Shown here in pieces: positions 46,608 to 61,240 of a stretch of DNA of 64,000 nt (positions within the stretch are counted from its first letter, which is position 1; each line of letters begins with the position of its first letter). Made by a program: the position numbers and the translations under genes. This stretch comes from Ranitomeya imitator. Taxonomy: Eukaryota. Under the pieces are notes generated by a model. That model made no database searches. It was given only the letters and a program-made list of their open reading frames with translations, and was not told the DNA's origin. The stretch spans positions 221,340,001-221,404,000 of the forward strand of contig NC_091287.1 in the NCBI RefSeq assembly GCF_032444005.1, in the 5' to 3' direction.

Positions 46608-48878
46608 GGGGGGCGATGTTCTGCAGGGAGGAAGGGGGGGCGATAATGTTCTGCAGGGAGGAAGGGGGGGCGATGAAGTTCTGCAGGGAGGAAAGGGGGC
46701 GATGAAGTTCTGCAGGGAGGAAAGGGGGCGATGAAGTTCTGCAGGGAGGGAGGGGGGCGATGAAGTTCTGCAGGGAGGGAGGGGGGCGATGAAGTTCTGC
46801 AGGGAGGGAGGGGGGGCGATGAAGTTCTGCAGGGAGGGAGGGGGGGCGATGAAGTTCTGCAGGGAGGGAGGGGGGGCGATGAAGTTCTGCAGGGAGGGAG
46901 GGGGGGCGATGAAGTTCTGCAGGGAGGGAGGGGGGGCGATGAAGTTCTGCAGGGAGGGAGGGGGGGCGATGAAGTTCTGCAGGGAGGGAGGGGGGGCGAT
47001 GAAGTTCTGCAGGGAGGGAGGGGGGGCGATGAAGTTCTGCAGGGAGGGAGGGGGGGCGATGATGTTCTGCAGGGAGGGAGGGGGGGCGATGATGTTCTGC
47101 AGGGAGGGAGGGGGGGCGATGATGTTCTGCAGGGAGGGAGGGGGGGCGATGATGTTCTGCAGGGAGGGAGGGGGGGCGATGATGTTCTGCAGGGAGGGAG
47201 GGGGGGCGATGATGTTCTGCAGGGAGGGAGGGGGGGCGATGATGTTCTGCAGGGAGGGAGGGGGGGCGATGATGTTCTGCAGGGAGGGAGGGGGGGCGAT
47301 GATGTTCTGCAGGGAGGGAGGGGGGCGATGATGTTCTGCAGGGAGGGAGGGGGGGCGATGATGTTCTGCAGGGAGGGAGGGGGGGCGATGATGTTCTGCA
47401 GGGAGGGAGGGGGGGCGATGATGTTCTGCAGGGAGGGAGGGGGGCGATGATGTTCTGCAGGGAGGGAGGGGGGGCGATGATGTTCTGCAGGGAGGGAGGG
47501 GGGGCGATGATGTTCTGCAGGGAGGGAGGGGGGGCGATGATGTTCTGCAGGGAGGGAGGGGGGGCGATGATGTTCTGCAGGGAGGGAGGGGGGGCGATGA
47601 TGTTCTGCAGGGAGGGAGGGGGGGCGATGATGTTCTGCAGGGAGGGAGGGGGGGCGATGATGTTCTGCAGGGAGGGAGGGGGGCGATGATGTTCTGCAGG
47701 GAGGGAGGGGGGCGATGATGTTCTGCAGGGAGGGAGGGGGGGCGATGATGTTCTGCAGGGAGGGAGGGGGGGCGATGATGTTCTGCAGGGAGGGAGGGGG
47801 GGCGATGATGTTCTGCAGGGAGGGAGGGGGGGCGATGATGTTCTGCAGGGATGGAGGGGGGCGATGATGTTCTGCAGGGAGGGAGGGGGGCGATGATGTT
47901 CTGCAGGGAGGGAGGGGGGGCGATGATGTTCTGCAGGGAGGGAGGGGGGGCGATGATGTTCTGCAGGGAGGGAGGGGGGGCGATGATGTTCTGCAGGGAG
48001 GGAGGGGGGGCGATGATGTTCTGCAGGGAGGGAGGGGGGGCGATGATGTTCTGCAGGGAGGGAGGGGGGCGATGATGTTCTGCAGGGAGGGAGGGGGGGC
48101 GATGATGTTCTGCAGGGAGGGAGGGGGGCGATGATGTTCTGCAGGGAGGGAGGGAGGGGGGGCGATGATGTTCTGCAGGGAGGGAGGGGGGGATGATGTT
48201 CTGCAGGGAGGGAGGGAGGGGGGGCAATGATGTTCTGCAGGGAGGGAGGGTGGCGATGATGTTCTGCAGGGAGGGAGGGAGGGGGGCAATGATGTTCTGC
48301 AGGGAGGGAGGGGGGGCAATGATGTTCTGCAGGGAGGGAGGGTGGCGATGATGTTCTGCAGGGAGGGAGGGAGGGGGGCAATGATGTTCTGCAGGGAGGG
48401 AGGGGGGGCAATGATGTTCTGCAGGGAGGGAGGGGGGGCGATGATGTTCTGCAGGGAGGGAGGGGGGGCAATGATGTTCTGCAGGGAGGGAGGGTGGCGA
48501 TGATGTTCTGCAGGGAGGGAGGGAGGGGGGCAATGATGTTCTGCAGGGAGGGAGGGGGGGCAATGATGTTCTGCAGGGAGGGAGGGGGGGCAATGATGTT
48601 CTGCAGGGAGGGAGGGGGGGCAATGATGTTCTGCAGGGAGGGAGGGGGGGCGATGATGTTCTGCAGGGAGGGAGGGGGCGATGATGTTCTGCAGTGGGGG
48701 GGATGATGTTCTGCAGGGAGGGAGGGGGGACGATGTTCTGCAGGGAGGGGGGGCGATGATGCTCTGCAGGGAGGGAGGGGGGTGATGATGTTCTGCAGGG
48801 AGGGAGGGGGGGTGATGATGTTCTGCAGGGAGGGAGGGGGGGCAATGATGTTCTGCAGGGAGGGGCGATGTTCTGCAG
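46608..48878. repeat. G-rich 30-bp minisatellite, ~75 copies
   Basis: Unit gatgatgttctgcagggagggagggggggc, with positional variants. Confidence 0.98.
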
Positions 48879-49436
48879 CTGTCGCCGTCCTGTAGAGTTA
48901 TCGGACATGTTTGTCTTCTCTGTTGGGCGCAGATGGAGCAGATAACGGCAGACAACCCCCATCCTCCGCGGAGTCCCGTCCACACTGGGAGATCCCGCGT
49001 ACGCAGTCGCTTGTGGCGGTGTTGCCCGCGCGGATCAGCGCCGTCCTCCCGCGGAAATATCTGGTGATCAGACAGCGAGGCTTCTACTCTGATATTCTGA
49101 CCTATAGCGCCGCTCCTCTGGTGAAAGTCAGTGCAGGCGTCACATGACCGACAGCCGCGTGCTATACTGCACGTGTCCACGGCTACAGAGCGCTCTGTCC
49201 CCGCCGTTCTCCGGTGTCTCCTGGTGCTGCAGCTTCAGCCGCCATTTCCATTATATTGCAGGATGTCAGCGCCGGACCGAGCGTTCAACCGAATCTCCTG
49301 AGACAAGTGGACGAGGAGCGCAACACCCCGAAAGGTGAGCGGAGGATACAATGTAACAACCACAGGAAGGTAAACCCCGGCAACCAGATCCAACAGTCAC
49401 AATAGGAGATGTCACTGCTCACCTCCTCCTCCTTAA

Positions 49437-50032
49437 AGGGAACCTGTCACCCCCAAAATCGCGGGTGAGGTAGGCACACCGGCATCAGGGACTTATCTAC
49501 AGCATTCTGGAAAGCTGTAGATAAGCCCCCGATGTATCCTAAAACATGAGAAAAAGACGTTATATTATACTCACCCAGGGGCGTTCCCGCAGTTCGTCCG
49601 GGTCCGGGGCCTCCCATCTTCATCAGATGACGTCCTCTTCTGGTCTTCACGCTGCAGCTCCGGCGCAGGCGTACTTTGCCTGCCCTGTTGAGGGCAGAGT
49701 AAAGTACTGCATTGCGCAGGTGCCGGGAAAGGTCAGAGAGGCCCGGCGCCTGCGCACTGCTGTACTTTGCTCTGCCCTCAACAGGGCAGGCAAAGTACGC
49801 CTGCGCCGGAGCTGCGGCGTGAAGACCAGAAGAGGACGTCATCTGATGAAGATGGGAGGCGCCGGACCCGGACCAACAGCGGGAACGCCCCTAGGTGAGT
49901 ATAATATAACGTCTTTTTCTCATGTTTTAGGATACATCGGGGGCTTATCTACAGCATTCCAGAATGCTGTAGATAAGCCCCTGATGCCGGTGGGCTTACC
50001 TCACCCGCGATTTTGGGGGTTACAGGTTCCCT
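49437..50032. mobile_element. Complete Kolobok/T2-type palindromic MITE
   Basis: TTAA|agggaacctgtca ... t.acaggttccct|TTAA; near-perfect ~600-bp foldback. Confidence 0.92.
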
Positions 50033-50096
50033 TTAACACCCTCCCATAGAAGTGAGTGGTCCCCACAATACAGTCTGATGTTACTTACATATTACA

Positions 50097-50215
50097 GTGT
50101 CACCCGGGCTCAGTACATGGGATGTCGCGCCTGTCACCCGGGCTCAGTACATGGGGTGTCGCGCCCGTCACCCGGGCTCAATACATGTGGTGTCTCGCCC
50201 GTCACTCGGGCTCAG
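50097..50215. repeat. ~34-bp tandem repeat, 3-4 copies
   Basis: tgtcacccgggctcagtacatgggatgtcgcgcc repeated. Confidence 0.8.
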
Positions 50216-50217
50216 TA

Positions 50218-51990
<1,773 letters not shown>

Positions 51991-52269
51991 GCACCGCATT
52001 TCCCAGATCACACCAAGTACCGCAAATCCCATAGGGAATGAATGAAACCAAACGCAGTGTTGCCGTAAGTGATCCGTTACGTGGCAGATGCAGAAAAACT
52101 GCCTGATCTGCTGCAAAAGGCAACTTTCACAACATCGATTCTTCCCAAAGTCACTGCCGATAGTGTCATACTCACCAGAGGGGCAGGCAGCACTAAAAGT
52201 GCCTAGGGCAGCAGAAACTCTAAATACGGCCCTGCTCGCTTGTACTCCTTGGTTTTTCAATGAACTGTG

Positions 52270-54900
52270 ACCATTGCCGCAGGCGTTTTCAGATGGGAAT
52301 TTTTTTAATAATTCAGCAACAATGGCCTTCTGGTACTGCACTATTTTAGTACACCTGTTTGCCTCTGGAAGAAGAGATTAAAAGTTTTCCTTGTAGGGTG
52401 GGTCTAGAAGTTTCATCAACCAGTAATGACTGTCACCCAAAATTTGGAGAATACGAGGGTCACGGGAAAGGCAGCGCAACATAAAGTCAGCCTCGCATGC
52501 CAGACTGCTAACAGGCAAGACTTCCGTGTCCTCACCAAGAGGAGGACTGACCATGCTCTCCTCCTCTCTCTCCTCAGGCCAACCACGCTGAATAGGTGGT
52601 ATAACAGTTGTGCTTGTAATACTGTCTATAGTGCATGAAAGTAGCTCCTGTTCTTCCTCCTTTTCCTTATTGACAAGCAATCCACATTGGGATGACATGA
52701 GGCTGGGCTGTGTGCAATCACCTTGTATGGTACCTTGCTCCATCTCATCATGCTACGCCTGCAATGCATACTTTCAGTGAGCAGAGCTATACAGAATACA
52801 GACAAACGGGATGGTGACACTAATTATGGAGTCATCGCTGCTCATCATCTTGGTGGACTCCTCAAAGTTTTGTAGGATGGAACATATGTCTGACATCCAT
52901 GTCCACTCCTGACGTTTTATGTGTGGAGTCTGAACTGAATATCGAAGGCCTTGTTGATGCTGGTAGTCAACAACTGCCTTCTTCTGCTCACAAATCCTTT
53001 CCAACATATGCAGTGTAGAGTTCCAATGCATGGGGACATCACACACCAGTAGGTGAACCAGAAGCTGCAAACACTGCTGAAGCACGGCAAAAGAGGCGGA
53101 AGATGTACCTGACATTTTAAAATGGGCACACAGGTGGCGTACTTTCACAAGCAGATCTGGCAGCTCCGGGTAGCTTTTGAGAAACCGTTGAACAATGAGG
53201 TTAAGCACATGGGCCAGGCATGGTACGTGTGTGAGCTCGCCTCACCCAGTCGGACCTTGGGATGGAACACATCCTCCCGACGCTGAGGATTGTGAGCCCT
53301 ATGTCAATCAGGGTTGCCCTCACAGTCTACAGCTCCTGCACCTCCTCTTCAACCTCCATCTCTGAAATGACCAAATGTACCGTCTCTGCCCACAAGCACT
53401 TGTCCACGTGTCCGTGGTTAGGTGGACTTTCCCAGTAACTGCATTGTTGAGGGCACGGCTAATGTAGTGGGACACGTGCTTGTGTAATGCCTGGATGGCA
53501 CACCTGGAGAAATAGTGTCGGCAGGGGACCGAGTACCTTGGGATGGACGCCGCCATCAGGTTGCGGAAAGCTTCCGTATCCACGAGCCTAAAAGGCAACA
53601 TTTCGAGCACAAGCAGACGACAAATGTGTGAATTTAGTACTGCTGCCTGTGGGGCACTGGCTGCGTATTTACGATTGTGTTCCAAGGACTGGGGAATATT
53701 CAACTGAACGCTGCGCTGGGACAAGGACATGGATGTGGTGATGCAAAAACTATTTTTTTTGCAATAAAAAGCATCTTTTAGCTTGTGATAGCTGCCAAAC
53801 ATAAAAACCTGCTATAAAAACCTGCTATAAATAGTAAATCATACCGCCTTTTATCACCCCCTTAGTTAGGAGAAAATGATCAAATAAAAAAAATTATTTA
53901 TTTACATTTTCCCATTAGGGTTAGGGCTAAAGTTAGGGTTAGGGTTGGTGCTAAAGTTATGGTTAGGGTTGGGGCTAAAGTTAGGGTTAGAGTTGGGGCT
54001 AAAGTTAGGGATAGGTGCAGGGCAGGAGGCATCTTCACAGGCACCATGGACAGGGTATTGGCTTCCAGACACAACAGCGGAAGAAGCAGTGGTGTCACCC
54101 ACAGTGTTCCTGGACCCTGGAGTTCGACCCACAAAGTCGGGTGCTTTGCTGCCATGTGCCTGATCATGCTGGTGGTGGTCAGGCTGGTAGTTTTGCTACC
54201 CCTGCTGATGTGGGCATGGCAGGTGGTGCAAGTCGCCTGTTTGGGTTATCGGCAGAGTCTTTAAAAAACAACCAGACTCGGGAAGACCTAACAGTTGTAC
54301 TGACAACTTCCGTCGTGTTAATGTTACAAGAAGCAGCTGCCTGCCTTCTGCATGCAGCCACCACACTGCTTCTTCCTGCCTGTTGGGATGCTACGCCTCC
54401 CTCTCACTGTATGCTGCTGTCCTCGCTCTGCATGTCCTCCTGCCAGGTTGGGTCAGTTACTATTATCTGCCACCTCGACTTCCATTTCCATACCCTGGTC
54501 CTCCTCCAGACTTTCTGGCAATTGTGTCTCATCATCATCTACCTCTTGTGACACATTCCCACCGTCACCTTCGTGTGACTGTGGCTGCTCAAATATTTGG
54601 GCATCGCTACATGCGATCTCACCTTGCCCCATTTCAAGTGGACTGGGCGAGAGGCCCGAATCTATAAATGGAAAAGTGAACAGCTCTTTGGAGTGTCCAA
54701 GTGTAAGATCAGATGTCCCCGGGACCTCGGCAAGGTGGGAGGAAATATGAACACAGTGAGGAATATGTCGTCCAGACTCAAGGCTACTCACACTTGACTG
54801 TGTGGAAGACAGTGTGGTGGTGGCAAAGTGACTGGAAGCATTATCTGCTATCCAACAACCACCTTTTGACACTGCTCTCGCTTCAATAGTGGTGTTCTGC
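52270..54900 (-). pseudogene. Decayed hAT (ZBED4/6-like) transposase
   Basis: SSRVWLFFKDS (BED), EMLPFRLVDTEAFRNLM, VHLTTDTWTS, HVLNLIVQRFL, CDVPMHWNSTLHMLERI; interrupted at ~53700-54012. Confidence 0.9.
53915..54010 (+). repeat. Telomere-like tract in a fragment of the piggyBac-like family
   Basis: ttagggttagggctaaagttagggttagggttggtgctaaag...; same ggctaaagttaggg module as at 30431-30500. Confidence 0.85.
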
Positions 54901-55761
54901 GGTCCCCAAGTATTTTAGACAGGAAGGATGAGAAAAGATGGGGGTATTCATTGTGGCACAATTTCAGCTTGCCCACAGCCTCTGCATGTACCATCATCTT
55001 CAGGTCCACTTCCCCATCCCTTGCCACGCGTCCTACCCATTTTAAATGGACTACAATATTTTCCAAGTTCACTACAAATGGCTGAATTTGGAGTGAACTT
55101 ATATGTCATCCATGTGCGGGAAAACCACTGTTTAAAATATCTGGCCTGTAGCTAACAATTTTTTTTTCTGCAAACTGCTGTCAATAACTAGGCTAAGAAA
55201 CCGGAAAAACAGTTAAATGGAGGCCACAAATGCCACAATTTGTAACCTTCAGATAGAAGAGGCGTGTGACGCGGATACTACACTTTAAAATATGTTAATC
55301 ACCCAAATACGGACTAATACATAACCAGAAGCCGCAAGAAGAGATCCAATTATTAAATGTTAAAATCCACAGTTTGTTTTATTAATAATATAAAGACAAA
55401 TTATCACATATAACAGAACAAACACGACCTAACCTGGAGGGACACCTGGTCCAAACCAGTGCTTCACAGTAATGAAAAATACGGGACTATTCTTATAGCA
55501 AGTGTGACTCAATAACCCAAATAGACAAATAAATATAATGCAGCATAATAGTACATGGGCATAAGCTTATACATCAGGCACGTGTAAAGCACGCTATGTC
55601 CCGTCTAGTGACAATATATGGATAATAGCATTGCTAATCTATGTAAAGAAAGGTATTTTTATCTCCAATACGTGCATATAAATAATAAAGAGAAAATCAC
55701 ATATATTACCCAATTAGTGAAGTACATTGCAGACCCTGTGAAAAGGTTGGCGTCCCTTCTC

Positions 55762-55799
55762 ACCCCGACGCATGTTTCGCATCCGCTTCTTCCAGAAGT
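55762..55799 (-). ncRNA. Decayed hammerhead ribozyme, antisense to the PLE ORF
   Basis: Minus strand reads acuuc-uggaaga-a-gc(ggau)gc-gaaa-c(augc)guc-ggggu; core altered at the CUGA positions. Confidence 0.6.
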
Positions 55800-57830
55800 T
55801 GAAGCTGGCCACTCGATCTCGGGTGCTTGACTGAAGAAACATGCAGATACATCTCACAGGCAAAGAAAAATGTCAGCACTCACCGATTTTCTAAAACAGG
55901 TAAATCTTTATTCCATCATGGTAAAATCTTCACAGCTCAGGGGTGTACATACAAATGATATAAAGCAAAAGAAACGAGAAGTTTATCCATGATAAAAACG
56001 ACTTTGAGACGGGACAGATCTTTACATGGAATAAACAACAAAAAATTGACAAATTGTCCAACAGAGGCTTTGAGAGACTGAATCGTAGGTATAATAAAAA
56101 TGGAAGACGCAACCTACATCGCAGAAGGGATTACGTGACAACAGAGTCAGACTCTAGCTTAAGTGAAGGGGCGGTAGCTTCAGCAAGCTGTAGAAGAGAT
56201 TGTCTACAGCTGATACCACCAAGGTGGGATTCCCTTTAGGAGAAGAATGCGGAGAGGAGGAAGGAGAAAGCGGTTTCAGACAGAATCGCAAAAGAAAGAA
56301 TGTCTCATGGAGACAGAGGCGATAGAGGGAACTATGGATCACCATATAGTAAATTTGACTAATCATCACCTGGATACCGCGCACCTCTTTTAGCAAAAGG
56401 TCTTAACTATTGTATTCCTGATGAGTTCAGTCTGACGGACTTTAAGATTGATCTATTTAAGTCCGTCAGTAAGATCAATTTGTATAAGTCATTCCTTAAT
56501 AATCAAACTAAACAGGATACACTAGAAGGGGAACAACCCTGTAATGTGGGGCCGTTAGGCTTTATGGCAGGGGCGAGAATGCAAACATTAGCTGACAGCC
56601 GAGGGGGATGCACAATTATTGTTGAGTCTAACGGAGGAAGGTAAGGATATGAATATGCAACCACCAGCATCAGTAATACCATTTATGGGGGGTGTCTCGT
56701 CTAGATATATGCCCTGTATCTCCCCGGGCAATGTAATTGATCTTTTTGAAATACAGGTTGTAAAGGACATAGAAGCATTAATATATCAGAAGGCCCCACC
56801 AAACCATTCATCTACAGAAAAGAAAGCATTGAAGGAGATAGCAGGCTGGACAGACACTATAGTGAGGCCAGCAGATAAAGGGGGTAAGACCGTATTGATT
56901 CCTAGAGATATGTACGTGTTGGAAGCTAATAGACAGCGGATGAAGATACGTACAATAGATTACAGAAGGACCCTACACAGAAGTTTAAAGGAGAATTGCG
57001 ATCATTTTTAAGGAGATCAGTAGAAACCAAAGTAATTTCACACCAAAAAGCGGAAAAACTGCTGCCAGAGTTCCCTATGAAACCGCATTGGTATCATGTC
57101 CCTAAGATACACAAGGCGTTAATAAATCCATCTGGACGACCGATCGTGTCTGGGATAGGGTCTTTGACTGAACCACTTTCCCAGTACATTGATTGGTTAC
57201 TGCGTCCCTTAATGAATAGTATTCCATCATACGTAAAAGACACTGGTTCCTTTTTGAAAAGCATAAAACAATTTAGGTGGCAACCGGGTTTTACGTTAGC
57301 GTCAGTGAATGTCGTTAATCTCTATTCACAAATTCCTCAAAAAGAAGGGGTGGAGTTAATTAGACACATATTGAGTACCACTGAAAGAAATCAGAATTTT
57401 ATTGATTTCGTTTGTGATGGTCTAATGTTTATTTTGACACATAACGCGTTCACTTTTATGGATTCTTGGTATATTCAAACGGTCGGAACCGCTATGGGGA
57501 CTTCGGCAGCATGTACATTTGCTAATTTGTATTTAGGTTACTTTGAAGAGAAATATGTATATTCAGTGGATAATGCGTTTTTGAAACATATTAAATTATA
57601 CCTCAGATATGTGGACGACATGTTCTTCATATGGGATGGAACCGTATAGAGTTTCACCCAATTTGTGGCATACCTAAACATCAACACGATTGGAATGTCG
57701 TTCACATCATCATTTGGAGGGGTCCGTTTAGACTTTTTGGACGTGTTCTCTGTAGAGATAAAAGAAGGGTCAATATGTACTTCACTATTTCGAAAACCAA
57801 TAGCAACCAATTTGGTGATGCATTACAATA

Positions 57831-60035
57831 CCCTGTGTTCCAAATAATTATGCAAATTGGATTTAAGTGTCATAAAAATTTAATTGTTTTGTTTTTCAAA
57901 TAAAATCATGGATGGTATTGAGTCTCAGGGCTCAATTGATCACTGAAATCAATCTTAAACGCGTGTGATAATTAGTTTTCCTGGTGATTCAAATTAAAGG
58001 AAAACTACTTAAAAATGATGTTCCACATTATTAAGCAGGCCAGTTTTCAAGTAACATGGGAAAGAAAAAGGATCTCTGCTCCCTAAAAGCATCAAATAGT
58101 GCAATGCCTTGGTCAAGGGATGAAAACATTAGATATTTCCCTAAAACTTAAGCATTATCATTGTACAGTTAAGAGATTTGTGGCTGAATCTGAGCACAGA
58201 CGTGTTCGTGCTGATATAGGCATAATGAGGAAGGTTTCTGCCAGAAAAATTCATGGGATTAAGAGAGCAGCTGCTAAAATACCATTACAAAGCAGCAAAC
58301 CGTTTGTCACGGGGCTACCGTGACAGAGAGGTTCCAGAGAACCGCAGCGCTCTGGGCCTCGTTCACACACAGTGAACAGAAGCTCTTCACCTGTATTCTG
58401 ACCTGGCTGCCTTGTGCCAGCAGTGCAGGAGTTAACCTTATTGCTGAGTTGCTGAGAGCTGGGTCCCTCAGCTGAAGTGGATTTTGTAATCTGATCCTGT
58501 ATATAGACCCAGTCCTGACTTCAGCTATTGTCAGTGATCAGTTCTATGCCTGGCTTGGAGGTTGAAGGAGCGTAGTGTTGGTGTTGGAGGTTTATTTAGA
58601 GATTGGTGCCTGCTGTTTTGGTTGCATGTTTAACCTGTTTTCCTTCCTTGTTTATTCCTTCTCTTCCCTTCTCTGTTTCCTCTGTGGTTGTGTGAGCATT
58701 TGGTGAGTTTGAGACTTTTAGTTACCTTGTCTGTATACCCTGTTATTTGTTGTATTATTACACTGGTGCAGTCCACCTCCTTTGAGGGGAGAGGGGGCCA
58801 CTGATAGGGCCTGCACAGGAGACAGGGAAACGCTGGCAGCTCGGGCCTCCTAACCATCATAGGTACCCCCGAGATAAGGGAAAGCCAGGGCCCCATTAAA
58901 GTGGTAGGGACAGGTGCGGGTTCCAGTACGCCGTCCTGCCCCTTTAATGCCACTTACGGCATGACACAGTTATTTGAAGCTGCTGGTGCCTCTGGAGTCC
59001 CTCAAACCTCAAGGTGTAGGATCCTTCAAAGGCTTGCTGGGGTGCATAAAACTAATATTCATCCACCCTTAAACAGTGTTCACAAGCAGAAATGGTTAAA
59101 GTGGGCCCAGACATACATGAACACTAATATCCAAATAATCTTGTTTACTGATGAGTGTCAAGCAACCCTGGATGGTCCAGATGGATGGAGTAGTGGATGG
59201 TTGGTGGATTGCCACCATGTCCCAACAAGGCTGCGACGTCAGCAAGGAGGTGGAGCCAGAATCACGGGGAAACAGCTGGTAGGACGCTTTAAGGTTTCTG
59301 AAGGTGTGAAAATGACCTCTGCAAAGTATTTAGAGTTTCTGACTGACAACTTTCTTCCATGGTCTAAAAAGCAGAAACATGCCTTCAGGAGCAAAATCAT
59401 CTTCATGCATGACAATGCACCATCTCATGCTGCAAAGAATACCTCTGAGTCATTGGCTGCTATGGGTATAAAAGGAGATAAACTCATGGTGTGGCCACCA
59501 TCTTCACCTGACCTCAACCGTACAGAGAACCTTTGGACTATCATCAAGCAAAAGATCTTTGAGGGTGGGTGGCAGTTCACATCAAAACAGCAGCTCTGGA
59601 GGCAAAGAAATACAAGCAGAATCTCTCCAAAAACTCACAAGTTCAATGGATGCAAGTATTGTGAAGGTGATATCAAAGAAGGGGTCCTATGTTAACATGT
59701 AACTTGGCCTGTTAGGAGGTTTTGGAGATAAATAGCTGTTTTGTTCAGTGAATGTGACCTCCTAATGCTGCAAATTCCACAAATGAGCATTTTCAGTTTT
59801 TTAAAACATATCAAATGTATAGAAATTCTACTGTGCCTAATAATTTGGAACAGTGCATTTTGAATTTTAATTTTTTTTTTTGGAGATTATACTGTTATCA
59901 TTGGGAGGTTTCTTCAATAAAATTTGATGTATAATCTAACGGGTGATGACTTTTATTAGACTGACTGTCATTTGCACCGACCATTTAGGAAAATCCGCAA
60001 AAAACATAATTTGCATATTAATTTGGAACACAGTG
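57831..60035 (+). mobile_element. Full-length Tc1 (DD34E) transposon with decayed transposase
   Basis: TA|c.ctgtgttccaaat..ttatgcaaat ... atttgcata..aatttggaacacagtg|TA; FTDE, HDNAPSH, SPDLN..ENLW. Confidence 0.93.
58305..58966. mobile_element. Solo LTR inside the Tc1
   Basis: TGTCAC...ATGACA; 5-bp TSD ccgtt/cagtt (one mismatch). Confidence 0.85.
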
Positions 60036-61240
60036 TAGTTATCATCCACCCCATACAAAACGATTGCTGCCTTATAGCCAACTCTTGAGAACACACAGAG
60101 CAAATAATACACAGGAAGGTTTTGAGTCACAATCATTGGAATTGTGTCAAAGGTTAAAAGAAAGAGGATATACGGATGCTATGAAGAGAATAAGTGAAAG
60201 GGTGGTCGGTAGTGAGCAGGTGGTGAAGGGTGTAAAAAAGAAAAGGTTCACGTTCTGCTTTCAATATAGCCCTATGGACCAGCGTATACGGGCTGCCATT
60301 AGGAAGAATTGGCATCTATTGGAGAGGGATAAGGATCTGACAGGTATAGTGGCTAGAGGCCCATTGATCTCCAACAGTCGCAGCACGAGGATAAGAGAAG
60401 TTCTGGTACGTAATCGTATTCCAAAAGAGAAAAATAATTGGCTTGAGCAGGGCGCCCCAAAGGGAACCATCGCTGTGGACATTGTCCATATTGCAGGTAT
60501 CATATTACAGATCAAGTCCTAAAGATAAGTCCAGTTACCCATAAAGTAACAGAATTTATATAATGTAAAACTGATTATGTGGTATTTTGCCCCTGTGGGC
60601 ATTACTACATAGGTAAAACCATACGATACCTTTACGTACGTTTTAGGGAACATTTTAAAACAGTTTCATCAGGTAAAGGCGTACCTAGGCTAATTGGTCA
60701 CATCCGAGATATGCACGGGGGAACCCCAATGTGATGACGTTTGCCGGCATTGAAAAGGTAACATTACCTGCAAGAGGAGGGAATTTGCATAATCTCCTAC
60801 TAAGACAAGAAGCGAGATGGATCATGTAGTGTTGAGCATTCCGATACCGCAAGTATCGGCCGATACTTGCGGTATCGGAATTCCGATACTTCCCGCGTAT
60901 CGAATACCGGAATCGGAAGTTCCCAGAATTCAAACTGAATGCAGCAGCCAATGAGGAATGAATGGAAGTGTGGGCACATCCTGTTTAGCATGGTGGGCAT
61001 GTAAGTACTGGCAAGGCTGTGATTGGCTGCTGAAATGATGTCACTCTGCACTATAAAAAACGCTGCCGCCATTTTGCGCTCACTCTGCTGTGATTTCAGT
61101 TAGGGACAGGACGCTGTGTTCTAACTGAGGGCCAGTTGAGATAGCTAATTGCTTTATTTTGCTTTTCCAAGGCTAATTTAGCAAACGCTTTAACAGCGTT
61201 CTGCAAGGTCTCAGTGTGTGTGTGTGTGTGCAGCTCACTC

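Larger units (their letters stand above)
55240..60826 (+). mobile_element. Third PLE: inverted pLTR-like 5' segment (~55240-55935), ORF pieces ~55940-57830 and 60038-60826
   Basis: KFIHDKNDFETGQIFTW, RPADKGG, GRPIVSG, GTAMG, YLRYVDD. Removing the Tc1 restores MHYNSYHPPHTKRLLPYSQ. HRCGHCPYC linker and CPCGHYYIGKT GIY-YIG. Confidence 0.9.

Noticed and set aside
46469-49180. Very long ORFs (903, 817 and 657 aa, and MMFCREGGGA repeats)
   Set aside because: They are translations of a 30-bp minisatellite that lacks stops in several frames, with frequent indels between units. No coding evidence.
53915-54010. Interstitial telomere as a relic of chromosome fusion
   Set aside because: The tract is degenerate, in one orientation, and shares flanks with the copy inside the transposon at 30431. 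Better explained as TE cargo.
55831-55844. ctgaagaaacatgc, a plus-strand hammerhead-like fragment
   Set aside because: Stem II and G12 are missing and there is no stem I partner, so it cannot form the core. At most a deleted remnant.
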